Of a stretch of DNA of 55,488 nucleotides, positions 33,904 through 45,516 are shown one piece after another. Location of the stretch: positions 1-55,488 of the forward strand of contig JAUCBJ010008866.1 in assembly GCA_032718475.1 (NCBI GenBank). Direction: 5' to 3'. Every line of letters starts with the position of its first letter. Position 1 is the stretch's first letter. The notes below the pieces were generated by a model. The model saw nothing but the letters and a program-made list of their open reading frames with translations. It was not told the DNA's origin and did not search any database. The stretch comes from Nemertoderma westbladi. Taxonomy: Eukaryota > Animalia > Xenacoelomorpha. A program made the translations under genes and the position numbers.

Positions 33904-35100
33904 ATGTCTGATACAAAACAAAATCTGTCAGACAGTCTCTTAGATACAACCATCTGTGACCCAGACAGGAGTGTGGAACGTGTGAGACCCAAGTTTAACT
34001 CACCTCCTACTGTAAGAAAGATCATCCCTCCAGTAGTAGTATCAGACCCTAGGCTAGTTCAACACCGTAGGTCTATCATCGGCACTCGGGCTCAAGTAAA
34101 GCGGGATCAAGAAGCAGCTGTCAAACAGCAGCAACATCCTAGCCAAGAACTTAGTCCTCAGCGGCCCAATAGCTCCAGTAGTTCGGATACTGTAGAGCTG
34201 ACACCCGAGCGCGGAGAAAAGATGAAAGATACAGTTTATTCGGATCCCCTTCTCATTCTTCCTGCAGCAGTACTAACTACGGTATTGATTGCTGTGGAGG
34301 AACACCAAATTGATTGGGCGAGAGGTAGGCGATCGACCAAGGACAGTTATGCGGGATACACCGAGGAGGAACTGAAGTCTATTGTCGAGTCGCAATGGAA
34401 CTTCCCCGGACCCGGACTCCCGTTTGACTTATCGGAAGCTGCCTGGGAAGACATATACAGGATGGGAGTGACGAAAGACACAATGGATCCAGCTGTATGG
34501 AAGAGGTCGGCAGCAGGATATGTACAGGGATTCTTCAGCTCTTTGGAGCGATTAGAAGAACAGCTGTTTCGACAACCCCAAGGACCTCAAGAGCAGGGAG
34601 AGCTGCTTTATCAAGTTCGAGAAAGAACTCTACGCATCAGACTAATCCTATCGGCATTTGAAGAAGCTTCGAAAAGAAGACAGGACACGTCGTTGCAAGT
34701 TGCCGTCAAGACTTGGTTCCAGCGGGTGAGTCTCAGGGTTCAAGGAGCGGCCCAGTGGAAATCCCAGCTGGCTGAGTGCTCCACCCATGGAGAGTCAACA
34801 GACGCTACCTTTTCCCAGGTGGAGGGTGAAGCGACAGCAGAGAAACCGCATGAGAGGGACGCTATTGACATCTATCTGTCAGACTATCAACGTTTTATAG
34901 GTGACGAAGAGTTAATGAGACGGTTAGATGGACTTCGCCCTAATAGTGAAGGAGCCAAGCTTGTGTTGGACGCAATTGATGCGGAAATGTTAGCTGCGAG
35001 CCAAGCTAAATTTGATGAACGTCTCCGCATCGCTAGGGTCCAAGAAGAACAAGTAAAAAAAAAATGTATAGAAGACAGAAAGATAGCAGCAGCGGCAGCA
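33904..35100 (+). pseudogene. N-terminal part of BEL gag, cut by an insertion
   Basis: Ends KKKCIEDRKIAAAAA; the same peptide restarts at 42853 and continues into recognisable gag. Confidence 0.85.
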
Positions 35101-35119
35101 AAACCAAACTAAACTCCCA

Positions 35120-35243
35120 AACAAAACTCCAGAATAGAGACATCCCATTTTTAGCTTTGTCAGAGAAATGGCTGGACTCTATTATCCAGAGGAAGAAATA
35201 CAAGGGAATTCATTCTGCGTCGCACAAGTTATTGCGATTACTC
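35120..35243 (+). repeat. Collapsed single-unit copy of the LINE-fragment/66-bp locus at the gag breakpoint
   Basis: Left array flank (ctccagaatagagacatccc), one unit, then right flank (tcattctgcgtcgcacaagttattgcgattactc). Confidence 0.9.
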
Positions 35244-37707
35244 TCCCTAGTAGCACACCAACGTTCACCTCACGTTTAGAATAGTTCTAATAACGTGGAT
35301 AACGTTGTTCTGATAACGTTCCAGGTGCGTTCACTGTACACGTTTATCTAGGAAGAGATTTGTCCCGCTCAAAAAACGTTGATTCGACGTCATCTTATAA
35401 ACGTTAGATATTCGTTCTAAAATGGTCCGTTCAACTAATTATTTACCGAACTCCTTTTGAACGGTTTAATATTGTTTTGAAAAGGTTCAATAATTGTTCC
35501 TTCAAACGTTCAAAACTGTTGGTTTGAACTGTGCTTGAACTAAAAGTGTAGTTCAAATATATAATTTCGAACGAATATTTAACCACTGCTGAATAGCTGT
35601 CAATCATTCACTATTAAATGATAATATGGCAAAATGCCCCTCCCCCCCCCCCCCCCCCCCCCCCCTGGACAACTGACCACCGCTGTTAGTGCAACGATTT
35701 GTGTACTGCAGGACTGCAGCAAAAGTAAATCAACTGAACATGAAAACAAACATTTGCTTGTTGAAATAACACCACAAGTTTATATTGAATATTACCACTA
35801 CTTACTTTATCACAAATATACCGAATTTACCGAACATGAGAAACATGGAAAGAAATATAACAAGAAGATAAATCAAATAGGAAATACATAATATATCATT
35901 AAGGTAAAAGTTAAATAGATAAGTCTAGAGTTAATTATTACAGAGTGGGAGTACTGTATAATGATATCTTTATCTGGGTAGCATTCCTTCGTTTTCTCCT
36001 GAATTTTGTAGCTAGTCGAATCCCCACACACACTCCATCCATAATAAATTGCCTTTCCCAGCTGTAACAAAAATAAAATTTATTTAAAAATAAAAAAAAT
36101 TTAAAGAAACATTTTATGCACTACTTTACTTCAAAAAAAGGAAGGAGCCGATTATATAATTATACCTAATGAATAGCATGTTGTATAAGTCACTTTTACT
36201 TCAAGTGATATACTGTTAGGCCTATACTTTTATAAACTGTATACTCTTGCACAAATATGAAACCGAATCTTTCTAATGTGATGCTCATTTATACATACAT
36301 ATAAATATACATATAATATATATGCCGCCTCCGCTTTGCAGGACATTGCTTTCGCCGTGAGAACCAGTGAGTCTGTGCACAATCTTGCGCTTTGACACCC
36401 CATGACTTCACCCAAGACGCCTCTTAAAGGACATTTGCTTTGGAGATGCTGATAATTAAGGGGATAGGGAATTGCGGCGGTGGAATTTTGTATATAACCT
36501 GGCATATCATTCTTTGCATGCTGCTTCACAGTAAGCCAATTGAAGGTTGCATGGTGGTGGTGGTGGAACAAATTTTTGTTATAGATAGATAAATACTTAC
36601 ATACCGCATTATAAACTTGAGAGATTCAACCAAAGAATTTAAGTATTTAATTTACCGCTGTGCCATAAGCAGGCTGATCGGTAAATTGGATCAATTTAAA
36701 AATTTATATTTATTCAATCATGTTTTTTTGCATTAATTTTATCTGTTTATTACAACAATCTTCGAATTAAATTACATGCAGTACCGCTCATGTGATATAT
36801 TAAATTACATATTTTAAAGCTAATAACTCTAACTGTCTAAAGTTCTGTCATATATTCGACTAGAAATAAAATTATTAACTAATAATTAAATTTTAAATAA
36901 TTACCTTTAGTCTCTTTGATGGATGGCGGCCCTTTATTATTGGTCCCGATACGGTTGAAAAGCATCACAAGATTGACCTCGATCTTCGCACTGTTCGCCT
37001 ATTGAATGTATGTACCCCATGCCGTTATAAAAATATACAGGAAATAATTGAGACGCAACAAAAATTAATTTAAATTACAGTTATACAATGCAGTATGTTG
37101 TATTACACACCGTTATACAGTACCTACTACTGTATACTTTGCTCCTGAGTTCTGTATGAACCAATATACCACTATTTTTACATCATTAAGTACTTGGGCA
37201 GTTCCAGTATTGCCTGTAATTGGATGACTCATCACAGACACTGGTTCCCATAGCGTGGGAAAGAAAAAACTTCTCAAAAAAATGCCAAAAGTAGGGTTAA
37301 AAAATGGTGCTATATAACTCGAAAACTACCCAATATTTTTGAAAACGGTTTTCACTACTAGGAAGACAATAGTTTTTTAGGAAAAGCCATAAAATTTCAG
37401 ATTCCCAACTGCGTTTGTTTCAGAATTATAATAAAAAAACCACAGAAGGGGTCATATTGACCCCCCCCCCCGGGTTTAATAGGGTTAATAAATTTCTAGG
37501 CCCTCAATTGTCATGGACGTACAAGTCGGCTGGACGCACAGCCTGTCTTTTAGTAGGCCTTGCCTATTACCTAGCACCTACAACAGTCCTACACCTACTG
37601 ACCTAGCTCATTACTGCATTAGGCCTATATTAAATCTTCATTCAGTTAATATCCATTGCTTCTCGAACCGGGAGGACCTGAACTCTTTAAGCGACAACAA
37701 TCAGACA

Positions 37708-38710
37708 ATGGAACGGTTTACTTGTGAGTCGGGCAACGCACTGCTAATTACCAAATCTATATTCGCGAACATCTGTTCGGAAAATGGTCCGTTTGTGCGG
37801 ACGTTTCTCGAAGAATACCTGGACGCGAACTCGAGTTTTCTGGACTATTATGTCGTTAATAAATGTACGGCAGGTCATATTACCGAGTGGCTGCTGCGTT
37901 CACTCTCCTCTGGGTCTAACAACGCCGCCACCACCTCGGGTTTGTCTCACAACACGACCCAATCACCGGCCACTGTCCCGACTGCCGGGTACCACGAGAC
38001 CAGTATGCCGCAGTGTCCATTGACGACTTCGACGTCGACACCTGCGTACCACCACAATTACAATCCTGCGACAGGAAAGCATCCGCAATCTCCATACTCG
38101 AATCAACCCACGCCACCTACCGAACCCTCCTCTATGCAGCCTGTGGTGAGGTTACAACATCTCAACCAGACAGACCTACCGGGAGAACAAAGACAAGTGG
38201 ATCCCAAACTGTGTCCGATAGACATCAAACCAAACCTCATTGAATCTGAATCGAGTAATAATACAGCCAGTTCAAATTTATTGTCTTATATCAACATATC
38301 CTCCTATACCGGTACCCCCGCAGTTACCACAACCAACTCAAACTATTATTCTACCCAACCTCTATCAGCAGACCAGTCAGATGTTCCGGTAATCCTACGC
38401 ATTAAGACGGAAGACGAACTGGAATATAAACCCGACCTAAACGAGGTTGGTGATGGCTTGGGCGATTTATTCTCCCCTATAGATGAAGCATATGGAAATA
38501 GTACAGACACTAATGCTTCGACCACCCACTCAGCTCAGCAGAATCTCCTCCCGGACTCTAACTCCCTGTCTCACAACACCGCTCATGGTCCCCTAACAGA
38601 CACTAACTCCTCACCAACCCTCACTACTCAGTCTCTAGACGACTTCAACTTAAACCTTCCCAACACCTACAACCTCCTGTTGGCCTCTAAATCGACAGTT
38701 TCCGGTATCG
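37708..38710 (+). CDS. Exon 1 of C2H2 ZNF copy 3 (inside the BEL element)
   Basis: MERFTCESG start homologous to 20159; donor G|GTGAGT at 38711; spliced product about 498 aa with no lesion seen. Confidence 0.85.
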
Positions 38711-38949
38711 GTGAGTTACTATGATTTGTATTGTAAACATCGTTTAGTCCGTATTGCCCCCAAACTGGTCAGAGTAATTGTTTATTTATAGTGACAGTTA
38801 TGATAGTTCTGAATTTAGTTTTTGTTTTTTAGGGTTTTTATCTGGTTTAATTAAATTCAATCTAGCCTGAAGCCTTTCTCACCAAATAACAAATATAATA
38901 TACGAAGCCTATTTACGAAGCGATTACTTAGGACTCCTGAGTAATCGCA

Positions 38950-39154
38950 ATAACTTGTGCGACGCAGAATGAATTCCCTTATATTTGTATTTCTTCATCT
39001 GGGTAATAGAGTCCAGCCATTTCTCTGACACAGAATGGAATCCCTTGTGTATTTATTCATCTGGATAATAGAGTCCAGCCATTTCTCTGACACAGAATGG
39101 AATCCCTTGTATTTGTATTTCTTCATCTGGATAACAGAGTCCAGCCATTTCTCT
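38950..39154 (-). repeat. Residual, inverted 66-bp array (about 3 units) in the copy-3 intron
   Basis: Units read antisense to the gene, unlike copies 1 and 2. Confidence 0.9.
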
Positions 39155-39620
39155 AATAATTTTTTATTTATTATATGTATTTTCTATTTAATAATAGCCG
39201 TGTCGCCCCGTCTATTCGGGACTCCAGAGTTCTTATCTGAATCACTGTATCATAGGTCAAATCATAGGTCCTAACTATTGCGTCTATCACTTTAGAATAT
39301 TCCGTTTTTCCGAGACACTCCATAATCACATTAATCAGTGCTGCAATATTTTCTAAGACCCCTTTACAGGTTATAATATTTCAGTCAGTATCAGTAATTA
39401 ATGCTGCTTATTTTATATTTTATGTTTTTTTAGTAATTAAAGTATCAAACCTCACACGTATTAATTTACAATGTCGAATCGAAAATCGTATTTATTTACA
39501 TATAAGAATTTAAAACTACAGTAATTAGCAAGTTCTATTGACTAATTATTGCATTAATTACTTCAATTATTCTCGTTTCCAATATTCTCCATTTTTAATC
39601 TACTCCATTACTTTCTCTAG

Positions 39621-40114
39621 GCGACCAATCTCAACCATTTCCTGATGACTCAGACATGCTCGTTTCCGACGATGACGTAACACCCGGAAATATGAATAAT
39701 CCCTTCGACCAACCTGATCCCTCTGGGATTCAACCCCAGGATATTATGAAAAGAAGCCGCACCAATAAGAAGCCGCTCAGCTGTGGTACTTGTGATAAAG
39801 CGTTCGCAAAGAACAGCAACCTAATTATACACCAACGGATCCACACCGGCGAGCGTCCTTACCAATGTGGCATCTGTAACAAACGATTCTCTCAACTAGG
39901 CCACCTAACCCCGCACAAACGGACGCATTCCGGAGAACGTCCGTTCGTGTGCGACACGTGCGGGAGAGGATTTACAGAGAGCTGCAATCTAAAAACTCAC
40001 AAGAGATTACATACAGGGGAACGACCGTTTAGCTGCGATACATGCGGGAAATGTTTCACCCACCGACATCAAGTAAAGCGCCACAAATGTATCCGCAGTG
40101 GGGAGACTCGGTAA
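39621..40114 (+). CDS. Exon 2 of ZNF copy 3: four C2H2 fingers
   Basis: Acceptor tttctctAG at 39620, in frame with 39656. 56 aa (2 x 28) shorter than copy 2. AATAAA at 40258. Confidence 0.92.
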
Positions 40115-42848
40115 CTGTAATGTTTGTAAGAAACGTTTCGTAACTTTCTTGTATATTGGTAGACACTATTGCTCCCTGGTTGCGGTTTAAACTAGTAAAC
40201 TATATTTGACGTTAGTTGTAGATCGAACTGCTACGTGCGCCTTTTGTTATAATGATTAATAAAGGTTGTCTAGGGACTGGCCTAGCGGCCCGACAAGGAA
40301 CCGACATTGTATTTCATAAAAACTGTCAATTGGTTGCGGTTACCAAGTTACAAATCTCTTTCTGGTTACAAATCTGAGAATCCTGTAACAAATTTGAGTT
40401 ATTGGTTACAAATCGAAGCACCTTGGTACGAATCTGTTCTCACAATTATGATAATGATCATAGTTGTAAATTGGAGTACCTTGTTACAAATCTTAGTTTA
40501 TGGTCGTGAATCTGACTTTCTGGTTTCGAATCTGAGTTACCATTAATGAATCTGAGAACCTGGTTACGAATTGGAGTTTCCAGTTACGAATCTCGGTACC
40601 TGGTTACAAATCTGTGTTCCCACGTAAAATCAGTGTTTGGTTACAAAGATGAGCACCCAGTTACGAATTTATGTCTCTGGTTATGATTTGTAGTTACTGG
40701 TTACAGATCAGAGCACCCATTTTTAAATCTGAGTTCCAGGTAATAAATTCAACTGCCCAGTTACAAATCTAAGTTGTCAAAAACAAATCCAAGAACCCAG
40801 TAACAAATGCCATGAGAATATCAAAATATCCAGTTACGAATTCAAGTACTCAATTACAAATCTGAGTGTCAGTTACCTTTTTATCAGCCAGCACTACCCA
40901 TCCCATACTAATACTGTAATTTGCACATTTTGAGCATTTATAGAAAAAATTTGGAACATGATAGTAAACAAAGTTAACAAACAATGAAAATCTGTTCCTA
41001 ATAATTATTTAATTAGTTAGGCCAACATATATCCTGTCTAAATCAAAATAATAATACCGAAATAAACCGTGATGCATTTTACTCCACCGTCAATTAATTT
41101 AAACAATGAAAAGGAACAAGACAATCTTTTTTAATCTTCTTCTATAATATTTAACGTCCACATCCGCTGTACAACGAATAGGTCATTAAATTACTTTATT
41201 AGAATAAACCAAATTAAATATAAAGTTTAAAATTGAAAAAAAAATCACTCTACGGCATAAAATTAATGTTTCAACCAAAATCACGATTGTATAACATCCC
41301 GCATAGCAGCATATCATATTCTATTCAATCATAACATAATCAATAACTATGGGGCGAGCCACGAAGTGAATGAACCTTACAGTATATGGGAGCAGAGAGA
41401 GGGACAAATTGACATTGTCCCTCTCTCTGCCTGGATCAAATTTCGATCGTCAATATCTCATTAACAGCTCTTGGAAATTCGGACTCATTACTACGTGGCT
41501 CGCCCCAATATGGGAGTCCTTGTGTATACACCAATATACTTTCAGTATCACGGGGCAGACAACAGTCAGACAGTTTGGGACACTGTAGGTTGTACGTTGT
41601 GTACTGTACCACAGTACAGTGCCGCCTAGCTAACAGCAGCACTGCTTAACGGTTATAATAACAATTTACAAATACAATATGATTGCAGCCCGTTAGTTGT
41701 ATTTTCCGACTCATCATATTACCTCATGGCGCATTGTGTAGGATACTGCTACTGAGTTCAGCAGTTGAACCGCGGGAAGTTTCCCCATCCACCGCGCGGT
41801 ACCACGCGACCTAGCTGCTATGCTGCTACTACGAGTAAGCCTACTGCCTACTGCTACTACCGTACAGGACGATGTCCACACGCGGTCAAACACATCGCCT
41901 AGACGATACTGGTACACTTTCCGACAACGAGAAATCGGGAAGCACAGAACCCGCTATCCAGAGCGACCTGGAACAAGTCCGCCTCCAGATGAAGCAGCAG
42001 CAGCTGGGCGGAAGCTGCTCAACGCGAGGTGTAAAAGCTTTTGCGGGATGTAACTGGCCCCTTTTTCTCCGCAATCCAGTTTTCCCTCAAATACTCTAAA
42101 ACTGCCTGGCTCGAGTGACACAACCTACTAGCTGATTGGCTGATTTGCTGTACGTGTATGGCCTCTTTGTTCTGTTCGATCAACCAATCAGAACAATGAT
42201 CGACCAATCAGAGCGATTCCGCCTTGTGTTGCTATGGGCTGCAAAGGCTAGGGTGGTTTGGCATTTAGACATTCGTGGAAGCTATAGAATCTGGAGCTCT
42301 GCCAATGAGAGCTATTTCTCTTTGTGTTGAAAGATACCTACAACAGCTCACAGGTTTCAGTGTGTTGGTTTTCCTGATGCCAGAACATCGGCTATGGAAT
42401 TATTCTGTGTTTCAGACTTTAGCCAAACATTAGAATGGCTTTGATTACCGGAACGTATAACTGTTATCCTGTCAAACCTGCCGCAACATATCATATCAAA
42501 CAAACGAGTCAAGTCATATCAAACCTGCCGGTCAAACCAATGCATGACGTGCATACCTGGCATATCAGACTCAGTATATGCCTTTCACTGCATTATTTTA
42601 CTGCTATTTACTGTCAGTTATTAATTGTATCTGTTGATGGAATATTGTTATATTTGGATAATATCGATAAATAATCATAAAACCCCATCTTCTTGATATA
42701 CTGAAGGTAAGAGACCGGTTACATATAGCAATTGCGACTTATATGATATTGGTTTTGGAGTGAATCTAATGCTATTTCATAGGCACTACAGGTGTCAATT
42801 GCTGTTCTCTTTATATGTGACTAAAATTAGTGAAGGTCGGCAGATCAG
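40115..42848 (+). repeat. Duplicate of 28521-31293, including a truncated LTR (42030-42848)
   Basis: Near-identical sequence and identical small ORF calls at offset ~11548; same pre-LTR flank gcgagg|TGTAAAAGC. Confidence 0.95.
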
Positions 42849-42852
42849 ATCA

Positions 42853-45516
42853 AAGAAAAAATGTATAGAAGACAGAAAGATAGCAGCAGCGGCAGCAGCA
42901 GAGGCAGAAGCAGAAAGAAAAGCTGCAGTGGCAGAAGCAGACAGAAAGGCTGCAGTGGTAGAAGCAGAACAAAAGGCGTCTGAAGAGACCGCCCAACTAG
43001 AGTTGGAAAATCTTCAAGAGAAGCGGGATTATATCGATAAACAGAGAACAGCGAATCAGTGGCGGATGATAAGTAAATCTACTCCCAAAAGACAAGGATT
43101 TACATCATCCGATGAAGGCGATACCACCGATACTGAAGGCGGAGGAAATAGATCTCGTCTAAGCAGGCGTAGAAGAATGCCCCACCGTCAGAAATTGCCT
43201 GATTTGCCCCCAGCTGTTAGAAGACAACTAGCTAGCACAGGCTTAGGTAGTACAGAATTAGGTAGTACAGACCAAATTATTAAAGTAGAAAGACTCCCTA
43301 CTATAGTGGATGAACCTGAAATAATTAGGCCTGTCCTCGAAGCCACCCCTTCGGTGAGAGAGACACCTGTACTCACAGAACTTACTTCTAAATTCCCTTT
43401 ACACAGCACTAAACTACCTGTGCTTAGCAAAACAGCCCCTGAAACAGTTACTGTCCTGGACCCCGAGCGAAACATCAATGATTTGTCGCCCGTTGCCACT
43501 CGTCCGCCCGCTACTATGTTGGCAGATCCCGCTTCGGCGGTTGATTGGGTGAATGAGAGACAGCGGGGGATGGATATTCTCCTCGGGAAGATGGAGGAGA
43601 ATCAGGCTCGCTCCTCCCAACAGGTCCGAGAGTTAGAGGGGACTGTTCAACAGCTAAAGGGAACAGTAAGAGAAAGTAAGTTAGAATTACAAGAAGTGCA
43701 GCAAATTATCGCGTTAGAACGCGATAAGTTAGTAAATTTACAAAAGGGTATACCACCACCCTCTGTAACAATGTGTCAACCTGTTAGGTCTGAAGTATTT
43801 CATGCGCAAGGTGTGGAGCCTACACGCATCTATACTGCTAGTGAAGTAGAAACTCCTATAGTAAACCCTATTAAGGGTAATTATAAACCTGTTGACAGTG
43901 ATATTCCATATAGACCTGATCATAATCCTAGAAATTTATATACCGATAACTCGATATTAAATAATACGATGGCCCAAGAAAGTTTTACGCGTCAAATGGC
44001 TAGAACCGAAGTCTGTCAAGCAGTAAAGGTGGGAGAGATCGTCAAGCTCAATGGAGATGTGATGAAATGGTTACCTTTTAATGAATATTACAAAGATAAC
44101 ATACAGAACTCAGTGCTATCTAATGGAGAAAAACTTAGATTCCTCATCGAGTGCTTGGAAGGATCTCCCAAGTTAATGGCCTTAAAGTTTATTGGACATC
44201 CAGATGGATTAAGACAAGTTTGGGATACATTAAACATCAGGTATGGTAATAGGAATAACATAGCTAGGTATTTGTATGCAAAATTGGTAGCACCCCGAAA
44301 GTTCATTAGCAGCGGGATTATCGAGTTTTCCGATGAGATTCAGGAGATCTGTAGACAATTAGATTGGCTAGGTAAGTCTCATGAATATCAGAGTTCTATG
44401 GTTATTCGAGCCGTAGCATCTACTTTGCCGAAGGGTGGAGTAGGTACACGCTGGGACAAGAAAGTATTATATATGATGGAGCAACAACGACGAGACCCTA
44501 CCATGGCTGATCTCATGTCATTCTTGGATGGCGAGGTAAAACTACAGCTCCTAAAGCAGTCCAGAGAGAAGACAACGGAAAATAAGGTAAGTGAGAAACC
44601 CGTTTCTAGGAGAAAGGTAACACCAGTGTGTTATACCGACGAGGGCGAAAGCCAGGCTTCTCAAGAAGAAGACAGCGGGAAAGACACTGAAAGATCTTAC
44701 TATGTAAACAAAACGCCTAAAGACGTAAGTAAATTCAAGTCTCGAACCAATGACAGGAGAGAACAGGTAAGAAAAACTCCTCCTAAGTCTCCTAAGATAA
44801 TTCATGTGAGAAAGCCCGAGGAAAGAACGAGTGTACACAACGTTACTCAGAATAAGGTAAGTAACATCAAACCGAAATGTGCGCTGTGTGACGGGCCCCA
44901 CCGTTTAAATGTGTGTGATGAATTCCTAAAGAAATCATTAAAGGATATACGTGAAGTCATGTGGGATAAGCGGTTGTGTTATAATTGCCTCAGACAAGGA
45001 CACCAACGGCGAACCTGTTACTCCGACGCAAGGTGTACCAAGTGCGGCGCAAAGCATCATATCTTGTTGCACACTGAATTCGAACAAAACAGCCCGAGTC
45101 AGGTAAGTGAGTCCGAACTACATGTCCAATTCAGTGATGTGAACGACACTGACCAAAGTTCTGAGATGGAAGGATTCTATACGGACGAATTCTCCGACGA
45201 AGGCGAATCCTGTTACTTAATAAATACCGCAGTGTATCGAGCACTTACGTATGAAAAGGACACCGACAGTGAGCCCCCCCTAACTACTCCCGATCGACAA
45301 CCATCTTGGAAAGCGCCAACTTCCAATGTAGGAATCCGGGAATTTCCCGTAGTGCAGTTGAGAGTCCACGGTCCTGACATAAGTTATATAGTGAACGCCC
45401 TTCTTGACTCCGGCAGCACAGGAACATTCATCGACCAAGAACTAGCCGAAGACATCTTTGCTGGACAACCCAAATTCCGAACTAAGTTAAACATGTCAGG
45501 AATTACGCAGGTTTAG
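42853..45516 (+). pseudogene. gag: BEL gag (continued) and aspartic protease
   Basis: DUF1759-like LNGDVMKW..F...EKLRFL..CL..RYGN; knuckles CALCDGPHRLNVC, CYNCLRQGHQRRTC and CTKCGAKHHILLH; protease ALLDSGSTGTFI. Confidence 0.9.

Noticed and set aside
37513-37707. 65-aa N-terminal extension of ZNF copy 3
   Set aside because: Homology to copy 2 starts only at about 37640, and the shared Kozak ATG is at 37708.
42760-42852. Start of the 918-aa ORF
   Set aside because: These codons are LTR sequence fused by the insertion junction; the real gag start is 33904.
45514-45516. Programmed stop read-through between gag and pol
   Set aside because: The stop lies just after the protease active-site motif and three more lesions follow; BEL elements normally use a single ORF, so decay is simpler.
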